Shown here: positions 10,128 through 20,312 of the stretch, in pieces
How the letters are laid out: each line of letters opens with the position of its first letter
Position numbering within the stretch: position 1 is the first letter of the stretch
Assembly (NCBI GenBank): GCA_965279525.1
Contig: CBDIIB010000003.1
Location: forward strand, 288,001 to 352,000
Length of the DNA stretch: 64,000 nt
Origin: Tagaea sp.
Lineage (GTDB): Bacteria > Pseudomonadota > Alphaproteobacteria > CACIAM-22H2
Reading direction: 5' to 3'
The notes under the pieces: generated by a model
Told to the model about the DNA's origin: nothing
The model's input: the letters and a program-made list of their open reading frames with translations, nothing else
Database searches by the model: none
Made by a program: the position numbers and the translations under genes

Positions 10128-10850
10128 ATGACGAAGAAACTTTCGGATGCCACGCGCAAGGCGTTCATGGGTGTGAGCACCGCCACGCTGTGCACGGCCC
10201 TGTTCAAGCGGGGCCTGCGCAACCAGTTCATCCAGGACGTGCGGCCGCTGAACGCGAACCTGCCCAACATGGTCGGCGAGGCCTTCACGCTGCGCTACAT
10301 CCCGGCGCGCGAGGATCTCAACCAGATCACCGTTTTCCAGGACCGCGGCCATCCGCAGCGCAAGGCGGTCGAGGAATGCCCGCCGGGCTCGGTGATGGTC
10401 ATCGACAGCCGCAAGGACGCGCGCGCGGCTTCGGCCGGCGGCATCCTCGTCACGCGCCTGATGAAGCGCGGGGCGGCCGGCGTGGTCACCGACGGCGGCT
10501 TCCGCGATTCCCCCGAGATCGCCGAGATGACGTTCCCCGCCTATCACACCCGCCCGTCGGCGCCGACGAACCTGACGCTCCACCAGGCCGTCGAGATCAA
10601 CGGGCCGATCGGCTGCGGCGACGCGCCCGTGTGGCCTGGCGACGTCGTGGTCGGCGACCGGGAAGGCGTCATCGTCGTGCCGGCGCATATTGCCGACGAG
10701 ATCGCCGCCGAAGCGACCGAGATGACCGTCTTCGAGGATTTCGTCATCGACATGGTCCAGCAGGGCCGTTCGATCCTCGGCCTCTATCCGCCGACCGAGG
10801 AAAAGTCGAAGACCGACTTCGCCGCCTGGCGCAAGGCCAAGGGAAGGTGA
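10128..10850 (+). CDS. RraA-like protein (HMG/CHA aldolase fold)
   Basis: GVVTDGGFRD and PGDVVVGDREGVIVVP motifs. Confidence 0.85.
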   Translation: MTKKLSDATRKAFMGVSTATLCTALFKRGLRNQFIQDVRPLNANLPNMVGEAFTLRYIPAREDLNQITVFQDRGHPQRKAVEECPPGSVMVIDSRKDARAASAGGILVTRLMKRGAAGVVTDGGFRDSPEIAEMTFPAYHTRPSAPTNLTLHQAVEINGPIGCGDAPVWPGDVVVGDREGVIVVPAHIADEIAAEATEMTVFEDFVIDMVQQGRSILGLYPPTEEKSKTDFAAWRKAKGR

Positions 10851-11857
10851 GCGCCGCTCCGGTCGTCTGGGGCGTCCTCGGGGCGGCCCGCATCGCGACC
10901 GTCCGGGTCGTGCCGGGCATGAAGACGAGTACCTTGTGCGACATGCGCGCGATCGCCTCGCGCGACATCGCGAAGGCCGAGGCCGCCGCCCAAACGCTCG
11001 GCCTCGCCAAGGCCTATGGCAGCTACGAGGCGATGCTCGCCGACCCCGAAATCGAGGCAGTCTACAACCCGCTGCCCAACCACCTGCATGTGCCGTGGAC
11101 GATCCGCGCGATGGAAGCCGGCAAGCACGTGCTGTGCGAGAAGCCGGTGGCCCTGACGGCCATGGAGGCGGCGACGCTGCTCGACGCGCGCACGCGCACC
11201 GGCAAGCTGGTCGCGGAAGCCTTCATGGTCCGGTTCCATCCGCAGTGGCTGCGCGCGCGCGAGATCGTGCGCAGCGGCGAGATCGGCGAGCTGCGCAGCA
11301 TCGCCACGCAGTTCTGCTACAACAATCCCGATCCGGCGAACGTGCGCAACAAGGTCGATATCGGCGGCGGCGGGCTCTACGACATCGGCTGCTATGCGGT
11401 GCTGACCGCACGCTTCATCTTCGGCAGCGAGCCGCAGCGCGTCGTGTCGCTGATCGACCGCGATCCCGCGATGAAGGTCGACCGCGTGGCGAGCGGCCTC
11501 GTCGATTTCGGCGGCGGCCGCCAGCTGGTCTTCGGCGTGTCGACCCAGACCGTGCCCTCCCAGCGCGTGCAGATCATGGGCACGAAGGGCCGCATCGAGA
11601 TGCCCGTCCCCTTCAATCCCACCCCGGGCTCGTCGGCGAAGATTTTCGTCGACGACGGGCGCGATCTCTACGGGACCGGAATCCGGACCGAGACGCTGGA
11701 ATCGTGCGACCAGTACGCGCTGCAGGGCGAAGCCTTCTCGCGCGCGGTGCGCGGAATGGCATCGCTCGACTGGCCGATCGAGGACGCGGTCGCCAACATG
11801 CGCGTGCTCGACGCGCTTTACCGCTCGGGCGAATCCGGCGGCTGGGAGAGCCCCTGA
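10847..11857 (+). CDS. Gfo/Idh/MocA family oxidoreductase
   Basis: WGVLGAARIA, GKHVLCEKP and GGGLYDIGCY; GTG start overlaps the upstream stop. Confidence 0.92.
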   Translation: MSAAPVVWGVLGAARIATVRVVPGMKTSTLCDMRAIASRDIAKAEAAAQTLGLAKAYGSYEAMLADPEIEAVYNPLPNHLHVPWTIRAMEAGKHVLCEKPVALTAMEAATLLDARTRTGKLVAEAFMVRFHPQWLRAREIVRSGEIGELRSIATQFCYNNPDPANVRNKVDIGGGGLYDIGCYAVLTARFIFGSEPQRVVSLIDRDPAMKVDRVASGLVDFGGGRQLVFGVSTQTVPSQRVQIMGTKGRIEMPVPFNPTPGSSAKIFVDDGRDLYGTGIRTETLESCDQYALQGEAFSRAVRGMASLDWPIEDAVANMRVLDALYRSGESGGWESP

Positions 11858-14136
11858 GGGGGTTGCCGTCCGTCGAGCGCTTCGCGCAGGCGGCGGGCCA
11901 GTTCTTCTTTCCGGTAGGGTTTCGCGAGCAGACGCACGTCCGGGGGCAGCGGATTGCCGCGCTCGTGGCGGGCTGCGGGAAATCCCGAGGCAAGCAGAAT
12001 GCGCGTGTCGGGCCAGCGTTGCGTCACCGAGCGAGCAAGTTCGAACCCGTTGATGCCGCCGGGCATCACCACGTCGGAAAACACGAGATCGACCGGCGTG
12101 TCCTCGAGGATGCGCAAGGCCGAAGGTCCGTCGTCGGCCAGCACCAGGCGGTAGCCAAGCTTGCGAAGCTGGCGCGCGGCCACACGCCGCAGTGCTTCAT
12201 TGTCCTCGACGAGAAGGATGGTCTCGCGGCCGCCCCGCGACACGGGCTCGACGCGCGGTTCCGGCTCGTTGGCGCCTGCGGCGGAACGCGGCAGATAGAG
12301 GCGGAAGGTGGTGCCGGCGCCAACCTCGCTGTAGACGCTGACGTGGCCACCCGACTGCTTCAGGAATCCGAACACCATGCTGAGACCGAGCCCGGTGCCC
12401 TTTCCCTGTTCCTTGGTCGTGAAGAACGGCTCGAAGATCCGGCCCAGTGCATCGGGCGCAATGCCGGTACCCGAATCCGAGACCTCGATCATCGCGTACT
12501 CGCCGGGCGCCACGCCCGGATTGAGTGAAGCATAGTCGTCGTCGAGGACGCGGTTTTCGGTCGCGATCCGCAGCATGCCGCCGTCGGGCATGGCATCGCG
12601 CGCGTTGTTGGCGAGGTTGACCAGCCCGGACTCGAGCTGCGCCGGGTCGGCGACCACCGGCCAGATGTCGGCCCCCGCTGAAACGGAAAGTTCGATGTCG
12701 TCGCCCAACGTCCGGCGCAACAGGGTGGCAATGCCCGCGACGAGGACGTTCACGTCGACGCGCTCGGGCTGCAACGGCTGTCGGCGGGCGAAAGCGAGCA
12801 GGCGCTGGGTCAGGTCCGCGCCGCGCAGGGCGGCGTCGAGGGCTTCGCGCGCAAGCTCCGTCGTCTCGGCGTCCTGTGCTTCGCGCCCCAGCAGCAGATC
12901 GATGTTTCCGATTATGATGCTGAGGAGGTTGTTGAAGTCGTGCGCCATCCCGCCCGTCAGGTTTCCGACGGCCTCCATCTTCTGCGCCTGGCGCAGCTGT
13001 TGCTCGACCGACTTGCGCCGGGTGACGTCGGTCAGCGCGTAGGCGACCCCACGCGTGCCGGATTCGTCGCGCATGACGGCGCCGTCAAAGCTGATCTCGA
13101 CGAATGTCCCGTCCTTGCGCTGCCGGCGTACCTCGACGTCCCGGAGCGTCTCGCCGGCAAGGGCCCGCTCGAACAGCGCATCGAACTCGGCCTCAAGTCC
13201 CGGCGGAACGAGCATGTATTTGCGCCCGACCGCTTCTTCCCGGCTAAAGCCAAACAGCTGCTCGGCCGCCCGGCTCCAGATCAGGACCGTCCGGTCGGTC
13301 GACACGCAGATGATCGCGACCGGCGAAGCATCGATGACTGCTTCGAGCGTGTTGCGGGTGACGTGCTCGGTCGCTTCGGTCCGCCGGCGGATGCCGACCT
13401 CAGTCTCGAGCGCGTCGACGGTGCTGGCCAGCTCGGCTGTCCTTTCTCGGACGCGTCTGTCCATCTGGGCGTTCAGCGCGCGCAGCGCGTCGAACGCTTC
13501 GGATCGCCGCCGCGATTCCCGGAGCGCAAGGCCGAACACGACGCCGATGATGGCGATGCCGCCCGCGGTCGTCACGCCGACGATCGACAGGATCTGGCTT
13601 GCATCCCGTTCGGAGTCGGCATCGCTCAGGCGGAGCAGGCGCTGCTCCTCGTCCGATATCGCTCCGAGTGCGTTGCCGATCTTCTCGCGGAAGAATATCG
13701 CGCGCCGCAGATTCTCGACCGTCTCGTCGGCGCTCGCATTGTTCGAGCGTCGGGTCTCGATCATGACGCCCTGGCTTTCGGACCAGTAGCGCACCAGCTC
13801 CGCCAGATCGTCGAGGCGCTTTTGTTGTGCCGGATTGTCCGCCAGCTTGAAGCGCAGCTCGGTGATGAGGTCGGTGATGCGTGCCGATGCGGAACGATGG
13901 GAGGCAAGATCGGCCTCGTCGCCGGTGACAGCGAATGTATTTGCGCTCGCCGCACCGCGCGCGACATTCGAGAAGAATTCGTCGGTGGCGGACATCACCT
14001 CATGCGTATGGTCGACGAGATTCCGGGAGGCGAGCAGTTCGGCGACGGCGCGATAGACAAGTGCGCTCCCGCCGCCGATAAGCAGGATCGCGAGGGCGAA
14101 AATCGAAAGACGCACCGGGGATATCAGCCGGTTCAT
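11818..14136 (-). CDS. Hybrid sensor histidine kinase (CHASE3-like periplasmic domain, PAS, HisKA/HATPase, REC)
   Basis: Two TM segments around an LVDHTHEV...LADNPAQQKRL domain; H-box AHDFNNLL; N-box NARDAM; FEPFFTTK..GTGLGL; REC SDVVMPG. Confidence 0.92.
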   Translation of the reverse strand: MNRLISPVRLSIFALAILLIGGGSALVYRAVAELLASRNLVDHTHEVMSATDEFFSNVARGAASANTFAVTGDEADLASHRSASARITDLITELRFKLADNPAQQKRLDDLAELVRYWSESQGVMIETRRSNNASADETVENLRRAIFFREKIGNALGAISDEEQRLLRLSDADSERDASQILSIVGVTTAGGIAIIGVVFGLALRESRRRSEAFDALRALNAQMDRRVRERTAELASTVDALETEVGIRRRTEATEHVTRNTLEAVIDASPVAIICVSTDRTVLIWSRAAEQLFGFSREEAVGRKYMLVPPGLEAEFDALFERALAGETLRDVEVRRQRKDGTFVEISFDGAVMRDESGTRGVAYALTDVTRRKSVEQQLRQAQKMEAVGNLTGGMAHDFNNLLSIIIGNIDLLLGREAQDAETTELAREALDAALRGADLTQRLLAFARRQPLQPERVDVNVLVAGIATLLRRTLGDDIELSVSAGADIWPVVADPAQLESGLVNLANNARDAMPDGGMLRIATENRVLDDDYASLNPGVAPGEYAMIEVSDSGTGIAPDALGRIFEPFFTTKEQGKGTGLGLSMVFGFLKQSGGHVSVYSEVGAGTTFRLYLPRSAAGANEPEPRVEPVSRGGRETILLVEDNEALRRVAARQLRKLGYRLVLADDGPSALRILEDTPVDLVFSDVVMPGGINGFELARSVTQRWPDTRILLASGFPAARHERGNPLPPDVRLLAKPYRKEELARRLREALDGRQPPQGLSQPPDSPER

Positions 14137-14154
14137 GACCGAGCCACCCGCCCG

Positions 14155-15333
14155 TCAATGGGGGCCGGTCGAGAGCGTTTCGACAAATCCTTCGATCGGG
14201 CTCGGCTTGGCGAAGAAGTAGCCCTGCGCCATGTCGCATCCGAGTTCGTCGAGGACCGCGAGGTCGTCGGCGGTTTCGACGCCCTCCGCGACCGCAATGA
14301 TCCCGAAGCGGTGGGCGAGTTCCACGACGCTGCGGCACGTCTCGCGCTTTGCCGCGTCGGACGCGCAGCCGTTGACGTAGCCGCGGTCCAGCTTGAGTTC
14401 CGCGAACGGAAGCTCGTCGAGACGCGCGAGCGTCGAATGGCCCGTGCCGAAATCGTCGACCGACACGTGCAGATCGTAGAGCCGGAGCTGCACCGCGACC
14501 TCGCGCGCGACATCCGGATCGTGCAGCGTTTCCGTCTCCGTGATCTCGACGATCAGGCCCGGAAAGGTGGCGTCGACCGGCAGGTGGCGCCGGAAATTCG
14601 CGACGAAGTTTGGCGATTGCAGGATCGACGCGGGCACGTTCACGGCCAGCCGGATGTCGCCGCGCGCCGCGGCGATCGTCGGCCAGTCCGCGAGCGCCCG
14701 GCGCACGACGAAATCGGTGAGCGGATGGAAGAGCGGATCGCCGGCGGGGGGGAGGAACGCGCCGGGCGGTACGAGCTTGCCATCCGGATGGCGCAGGCGC
14801 ACCAGCGCCTCGGCGCCGCGGATCCGCCGCGTGCGCAGGTCGACTTTCGGCTGATACCACAGCTCGAGCCATCGGTTCTCGATAGCGGCGGCAAGATCGA
14901 TCCGGGGGGAGGCGGGGGCCGGTATTGCCAGCCCGCCAAGTCGCGTCTTGAGGTCGTCGAGCCGGAACGGCTTGCGCAGATGATCGAGCATTGTCAGGCC
15001 CTGCCGCCGGCCGATCTTCTGGACTTCGTCGAGCGTGCGCGCGTCGTGCCCGCTCATCAGCAGGACGCTGCCGGTGAAGCGCGATGCGGCAAGGCTGCGC
15101 ATGACTTCGACGGCGTCGGTCGTGCCCAGCGACAGGTCGAGCAGGATGACTCCGGGCTTGGCCTGTGTCAGCGCCGCCTCGACGTCGGCCACGCGGCTGT
15201 ATTCCCGTGGGGCAAAGCCCAATCCTGAGAGGCATCGGGCAACGAAGGTGCGGATCTGGGGGTCGTCGTCGACCACGAAGGCAACCGGCAAAGGAGGCGG
15301 CGAACTTCGCGCAGATGCAAATGTGTCAGCCAT
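14155..15333 (-). CDS. Response regulator with EAL c-di-GMP phosphodiesterase domain (REC-EAL)
   Basis: REC VVDDD...LLDL; EAL-domain motifs YQPKV, GAEALVR, VEITE, DDFGTGHS, LKLDR, AEGVE and QGY. Confidence 0.92.
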   Translation of the reverse strand: MADTFASARSSPPPLPVAFVVDDDPQIRTFVARCLSGLGFAPREYSRVADVEAALTQAKPGVILLDLSLGTTDAVEVMRSLAASRFTGSVLLMSGHDARTLDEVQKIGRRQGLTMLDHLRKPFRLDDLKTRLGGLAIPAPASPRIDLAAAIENRWLELWYQPKVDLRTRRIRGAEALVRLRHPDGKLVPPGAFLPPAGDPLFHPLTDFVVRRALADWPTIAAARGDIRLAVNVPASILQSPNFVANFRRHLPVDATFPGLIVEITETETLHDPDVAREVAVQLRLYDLHVSVDDFGTGHSTLARLDELPFAELKLDRGYVNGCASDAAKRETCRSVVELAHRFGIIAVAEGVETADDLAVLDELGCDMAQGYFFAKPSPIEGFVETLSTGPH

Positions 15334-15604
15334 TATTTACACCGTTTTGAGGGGGGTCTCAAACGAGTAAAGCCACCCAAAAGTTTGATCCGAAATGGAT
15401 GCTACTTTCAATAAAAAGTTCGGTTCAATTGAAAGGTGTAATAAAAAATAGATTATAGCTTAAGTAAAATCTTGAAAAGATTGTCAATACAATCCCTTAC
15501 ACGGCGACAGCACTGCGCCAGTCGCCGAAAACACCAGAAATTAGTCGCAGGAACGCGAAAATAATTTCTCGGAAATTATGGAATGCAAATCGGAATAGTG
15601 GATA
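15334..15604. promoter_or_regulatory. AT-rich regulatory region upstream of REC-EAL with several inverted repeats
   Basis: TTCAATTGAA, AATCTT-N3-AAGATT, GATTGT-N4-ACAATC and ATAATTTC-N3-GAAATTAT (15561-15579). Confidence 0.5.
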
Positions 15605-16780
15605 TCACACGTACGCCGTCGAGCCGTCGGGCTTCTTCGTGACCTTGCGTTCCCAGTGGATGTAGCCGTCCTTCTTGAGGACTTCCTCGTCGATCTCCAC
15701 GCCCCAGCCCGGACGGTCCGGGCGCAGTTCGAGATAGCCGTCCTTCGGCAGGTAGGGATCGCGCACGTAGGGGGCCCCCTCCGACTTGGCCTTCTGGTCG
15801 TCGTAGTTGACGCCGTGCGGCAGCCGGTATTCGAGAATCCGGAAATTGGGCTGGGCGGCGCTGAAATGCACGTTCACGGCCGTCGCGAGCGGACCCATCG
15901 GGTTGTGCGGCGCAACGGTCACGTAGTGGGCCTCGGCGATCGCGGCGATCTTGCGCATCTCGAGCAGCCCGCCGACCACGCAGATGTCGGGCTGGATGAT
16001 GTCGGCCCCGCCCACGGTGAGCAGGCGCAGGAACTCGAACCGGCTGTAGAGCGATTCGCCCGTCGCCAGCGTGCACTGGAGCTGGCGGCGCACCTCGCCC
16101 CACACCTCGACATTCTCCGGGCGCAGCGGTTCCTCGAAGAACAGCGGGTCGTAGGGTGCCAGAGCGTTGCCGAGCTGGATCGCCTGCTTGGGCTCGAAGA
16201 TCTTGGCGTGGGCGTCGAACGCGATCTCGTAATCCGAGCGCACCGTCTCGCGCACCTGGCGGAAATACTCCGCACTCGTGCGCACGACTTCGCCCCAGCG
16301 CTGCGTGTGGATGTCGCCGCGGAAGGGGCTGAGCTTGAAGGCCGTGATGCCCCAGCCCTTGTTGAGCGCGTCGAGCTGTTCGCGCGCGATCGCCGGATCG
16401 GGGGCGGTGTAGACGCCGGCATAGACGCGGATCTTGTCGCGCGCGTTGCCGCCCAGCAGCATGTAGACCGGCACGCCCAGCGCCTTGGCCGAGATATCCC
16501 ACAGGCAATGGTCGATCGCCGAGATGGCCGCGAGATGCAAGGCACCCGGCGGAAAGCGCGTCTGCTGCAGCAGGTAGAGCATCAGGTACTCGATGCGGCG
16601 CGGGTCCTGCCCGCCAAGGAACGTGGCGAGATACTCGAGCAGCGGCAGCAGCGCCCGGTCGGGGCCGTGGTTGTAGCATTCGCCCCAGCCGGTGATGCCC
16701 TCGTCGGTATCGATCGCGACGATGACGCGCGGGCGGTCCTTGTCGCGCGTCATGAACGCGCGCAGCTTCGTGATCTTCAT
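15605..16780 (-). CDS. Galactonate dehydratase-like enolase-superfamily protein
   Basis: AIDHCLWDI, DAHAK, EEP, TGES and PHNP; real start MKITKLRAF at 16780. Confidence 0.88.
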   Translation of the reverse strand: MKITKLRAFMTRDKDRPRVIVAIDTDEGITGWGECYNHGPDRALLPLLEYLATFLGGQDPRRIEYLMLYLLQQTRFPPGALHLAAISAIDHCLWDISAKALGVPVYMLLGGNARDKIRVYAGVYTAPDPAIAREQLDALNKGWGITAFKLSPFRGDIHTQRWGEVVRTSAEYFRQVRETVRSDYEIAFDAHAKIFEPKQAIQLGNALAPYDPLFFEEPLRPENVEVWGEVRRQLQCTLATGESLYSRFEFLRLLTVGGADIIQPDICVVGGLLEMRKIAAIAEAHYVTVAPHNPMGPLATAVNVHFSAAQPNFRILEYRLPHGVNYDDQKAKSEGAPYVRDPYLPKDGYLELRPDRPGWGVEIDEEVLKKDGYIHWERKVTKKPDGSTAYV

Positions 16781-16788
16781 GGGGCGAC

Positions 16789-18120
16789 CTATTTCTCGTG
16801 GAACGCGGAATCGAGGGCCTTGTAGACGGGATTGAGAAGATAGCGCAGCACGGTGCGCTCGTCCGTCTTGATGTCGGCGAGCACCGTCATGCCCGGCAGG
16901 ACCAGATTGCGCTTCGGGTCGTCGCCGACATGATCTTTCTCGAGAGCGACCAGCGCCTTGTAGAAGGCGCGCCCCTGCGCGTCGACCAGCGTGGAGGGCG
17001 ACAGGTACGTGAGCTTGCCCGGCACGCTGCCGAAGCGCGCATAGTCGTAGGTCGATACCTTGACCGCGACGTCCTGGCCGATGCGCACCTGGCCGATGTC
17101 GGAGGGCTGCAGGCGTGCCTCGACGATGAGCTCGCGCCCGATGGGAACAAGTTCGAGCAGCACGCCGCCGGGCGGGATGACGCCGCCTTCGGTGCGCACG
17201 CGCAGCTCCTTGACCACGCCGCGCACGGGGGCGATCACCTGCGTGCGCGCCACGCGGTCGTCGAGGCGCACGCGCGCCTCCTCGACCTGGCGCAGCTCCG
17301 AGGTCACGGCGCCGAGCTCGCGCATCGCGTCGGCCGACAGCCGCGAGTCGAGCTCGACCAGCCGCTGCTCGGCCTCGCCGATGGCCTCGCGCGCGCGCCC
17401 GATATTGACCAGCACCGTCGACAGCTCGCCCTGCACGCGGTTCATCTCGCGCTGCACGTCGAGCAGCGTGATGCGCGAGTTGAGGCCCCGGTCGGTCAGC
17501 GTCTGGCGCATGTCGAGCGCTTCGCCGGTGATGCGGATCTGGCGCTGCAGCGTCTGCTGCTGGCCCAGCAGCGCTTCGAGATCGGCCCTGCGGCCGGCAA
17601 GCTGGCGCTCCAGCACCGCGCGCTGGCTCGAGCGCGCGCGTTCCTGCGTACGCAGGATCGCGGCCTGGTCGGCAGAAAGGCCGACTTCGCCGCGCTCGGC
17701 AAGCAGGGCCACGCGCCCGTCGGCGAACGCGCGCAGGCGTTCGGCCTGCAGGCGCAGGCTCGCCTCGCGCGAGGCAAGCTGGTCGCGCTCGGCGACCGCC
17801 GAGGTCGGATCGATCTCGACGAGTTTCTGGCGCGCTTCCACGATATCGCCTTCGCGCACGTGGATGCGCGCGACGATGCCGCCCTCCAGATGCTGGACGG
17901 TCAGCACGTTGCCGGCCGGCACGATCTCGCCCGGCCCTTGGGCGACCTGCGGCACGACGGTCGTCGATGCCCAGCCCACCGCTAGGAAGATCATCGCGGC
18001 GGCGAGCCACACGGCCGCGCGCATCAGCCAAGGCGCTCCGCCTTCCTCGAGATGGATCGCGAGCGTGAGGTAGCGGATCCGGGACGGATCGGCCGGCAGG
18101 GCCGGTGTCTTCGCGTTCAT
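16789..18120 (-). CDS. HlyD family type I secretion membrane fusion protein
   Basis: VQHLEGGIV, long coiled coil, IAPVRGVV, YDYARFG, PGMTV.ADIKT.ERTVLRYLLNP. Confidence 0.93.
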   Translation of the reverse strand: MNAKTPALPADPSRIRYLTLAIHLEEGGAPWLMRAAVWLAAAMIFLAVGWASTTVVPQVAQGPGEIVPAGNVLTVQHLEGGIVARIHVREGDIVEARQKLVEIDPTSAVAERDQLASREASLRLQAERLRAFADGRVALLAERGEVGLSADQAAILRTQERARSSQRAVLERQLAGRRADLEALLGQQQTLQRQIRITGEALDMRQTLTDRGLNSRITLLDVQREMNRVQGELSTVLVNIGRAREAIGEAEQRLVELDSRLSADAMRELGAVTSELRQVEEARVRLDDRVARTQVIAPVRGVVKELRVRTEGGVIPPGGVLLELVPIGRELIVEARLQPSDIGQVRIGQDVAVKVSTYDYARFGSVPGKLTYLSPSTLVDAQGRAFYKALVALEKDHVGDDPKRNLVLPGMTVLADIKTDERTVLRYLLNPVYKALDSAFHEK

Positions 18121-20312
18121 CTGATGGCTCCGAGGAAGGAAGTCGCGGCATTGTCGCCGGCGGCGCGCATCTGGGCGATGCGCCCGCCGTCGAACGTCGC
18201 CACGCGATCGCAGATCGCAAGATGGCTGGGGCGGTGGGTGACGAGCACGATGGTCTGCTTGCCCTTGCGCCGGCGGAGCGTCTCGATGAGGGCGGCATCG
18301 CCACGCTCGTCGAGCCACTGGCCCGGCTCGTCGAGCAGCAGCACCGAGGACGGGCGCAGGTATACGCGCGCCAGCGCCAGCCGCTGCAGCAGGCCCGCGG
18401 GCAGGCCGCGCGCCGCCTGGTCGCCGAGCGGGGTTTCAAGCCCGAGCTTGAGCGCCATCACGTCGTCGAGAGCACCGGCATCGGCAAGGGCCGCGTGCAG
18501 CTCCTGCGTGCTCGCGGTCGCGGCCGCCAAGCGCAGGTTCTGCGCGATCGTGCCGTAGAACAGGTGCCGGTTCTGCGGCGCGTAGGTCACGGCAAGGCGC
18601 AGCTCGGCCGGCGTCATCTGGCGGATGTCGAGCCCGTCGAGCATCACCGTGCCGGCCTGCGGCTGGTAGAGGCCCGCCATCACCTTGAGCGCGGTCGACT
18701 TGCCCGCACCCGAATGCCCGGCAAGCCCCACCATCTCGCCCGCCTTGACCGCAAGGTCGACGCCGAGGAGTGCCGGTTCGGCTTCGGCCCGGTAGCGCAG
18801 CGAGACGCGGTTGAGCGTGATCTGTCCGCGGAACACGCGCTGCACGACGGCCGGTGCCGCGCGATCCGTGAGTTCGGGCTTGAGGCGCAGGAGCTGGTCG
18901 ATCTGCGCGATGCCCTGGCGGATCTGCGTGAGGCGCTGGAGCGTGGCGATGCCGAGCTGCAGCGGCGACAGCACGCGCCAGGTCAGCGCCATGACGCCGA
19001 CGAGGGCGCCCACCGTCATCTGCGTGTCGATGATGCGCGCGGCCCCCCAGACGAGCACGACCGCACCGGCAAGCATCGTCAGCCCCTGCGCCACCGTCTG
19101 GAGGAGCGAGCCCAGTGCCTGCGCCTTGCGCCCTTCGCCCACGCTTGCGGCCGACGCGGCACGGAAACGCTCGAGCCACGTCTCGGTGGCGCCGATCTGC
19201 TTGATCGCGCGCAGGTTCGACACGATCTCGACCGACAGCGCATGGCGCTGGGCGCGGGCACGGCTGGCGCGCTGGGTGCCGGCCTGCTGGAGGTGGGAGC
19301 CCGCATAGCCGATCAGCAGCAGCAGCGAGCCGAGCACGAACGGAACCGCCACCAGCGGCCCGCCGAGCCACGCGATGACGATCAGGAAGACGAACAGGAA
19401 CGGCAGGTCGAGCGCCACGCCGGCCAGAGGCCCGGTGAAGAACTCGCGGACCGTCTCGAACTCCTTGAGGCGTGCGAGCTGCGTGCCGACAGGCGCGGCT
19501 TCGAGGAAGCCCACCGGCAGGCGCAGCAGATGGCGCAGGACCGCGACCGAGACCAGCCGCTCGACGCGCGCACCCACATAGGCGAGCAGCCGGCCGCGCA
19601 CGCTGCGCATCAGGAAGTCGAAGACGAACACGATGCCCACGCCGATCGTCAGGTCGCGCAGCAGCGTGGGCGACTGGTTGCCGATCACCTTGTCGAAGAC
19701 GGCCATCGAGAAGAGCGGGAAGGCGAGGGCAAGGATGTCGGTGAACAGCGTGATGATCGCGAGCTGGCCGGCGATCGGCCGGAAGCGCTGGGCAAGCCTG
19801 CCGACGAACGAGCCCTGCACGGCGGTCTCGTCGCGCGCGGTCTCGATCGCCTCGACGAGGAAGACCTTGCCGAAGATCGAGCCGGCGACCGCGTCGCGTT
19901 CCTTGGCAGCGATGCCGTCGAAGACGCGCACGCGCGTTCCCTCGCGCGACAGCATCACGCTGGGCCGGCCGTCCGCGTCGACGACGAGGCAGGGCAGAAG
20001 GCGCGCGTCGATCTCGGAGGGGATCTTGTCGTAGGGCTTGGTCGAGTAGGAGAGCTCGGCAAGCACGTTGCGCAAGCCGTCGAGATCGAGCCTTGAAGTG
20101 AAGTGCGGCAGCGCTTCGACCAGCACGCGCGGATCGCCGCGCCAGCCAAGCGCGGTCAGCAGCGGCATCAGGCATGCGGCGAAGGGCGATGCGGCCTGGA
20201 ACGCCTCGAGATGGCCCTGGCGCAGCTCGTCGGCGAGCGTCCCGGTACGCACCACTTCGATGCGCGGCCGGCCGGTGCCGGTTCCGGGCAGGGCGGGAGG
20301 CAGCTCGCTCAT
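18117..20312 (-). CDS. Type I secretion ABC transporter with N-terminal C39-like domain (subunit B)
   Basis: VFDKVI TM domain, LDLPF, Walker A GHSGAGKST, Walker B LLLDEP, H-loop VTHRP and degenerate signature LPAGL. Confidence 0.9.
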   Translation of the reverse strand: MSELPPALPGTGTGRPRIEVVRTGTLADELRQGHLEAFQAASPFAACLMPLLTALGWRGDPRVLVEALPHFTSRLDLDGLRNVLAELSYSTKPYDKIPSEIDARLLPCLVVDADGRPSVMLSREGTRVRVFDGIAAKERDAVAGSIFGKVFLVEAIETARDETAVQGSFVGRLAQRFRPIAGQLAIITLFTDILALAFPLFSMAVFDKVIGNQSPTLLRDLTIGVGIVFVFDFLMRSVRGRLLAYVGARVERLVSVAVLRHLLRLPVGFLEAAPVGTQLARLKEFETVREFFTGPLAGVALDLPFLFVFLIVIAWLGGPLVAVPFVLGSLLLLIGYAGSHLQQAGTQRASRARAQRHALSVEIVSNLRAIKQIGATETWLERFRAASAASVGEGRKAQALGSLLQTVAQGLTMLAGAVVLVWGAARIIDTQMTVGALVGVMALTWRVLSPLQLGIATLQRLTQIRQGIAQIDQLLRLKPELTDRAAPAVVQRVFRGQITLNRVSLRYRAEAEPALLGVDLAVKAGEMVGLAGHSGAGKSTALKVMAGLYQPQAGTVMLDGLDIRQMTPAELRLAVTYAPQNRHLFYGTIAQNLRLAAATASTQELHAALADAGALDDVMALKLGLETPLGDQAARGLPAGLLQRLALARVYLRPSSVLLLDEPGQWLDERGDAALIETLRRRKGKQTIVLVTHRPSHLAICDRVATFDGGRIAQMRAAGDNAATSFLGAIR

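Noticed and set aside
15502-15531. Hairpin CGGCGAC...GTCGCCG as the terminator of the T1SS-dehydratase operon
   Set aside because: On the minus strand the U-run precedes the stem rather than following it, so support is weak.
15605-18439. Apparent long N-terminal extensions or fusions (944-aa ORF; also 9074-11857, 37205-39163, 46520-48262, 56025-57911)
   Set aside because: The extensions overlap other real genes in a different frame or strand; true starts are internal.
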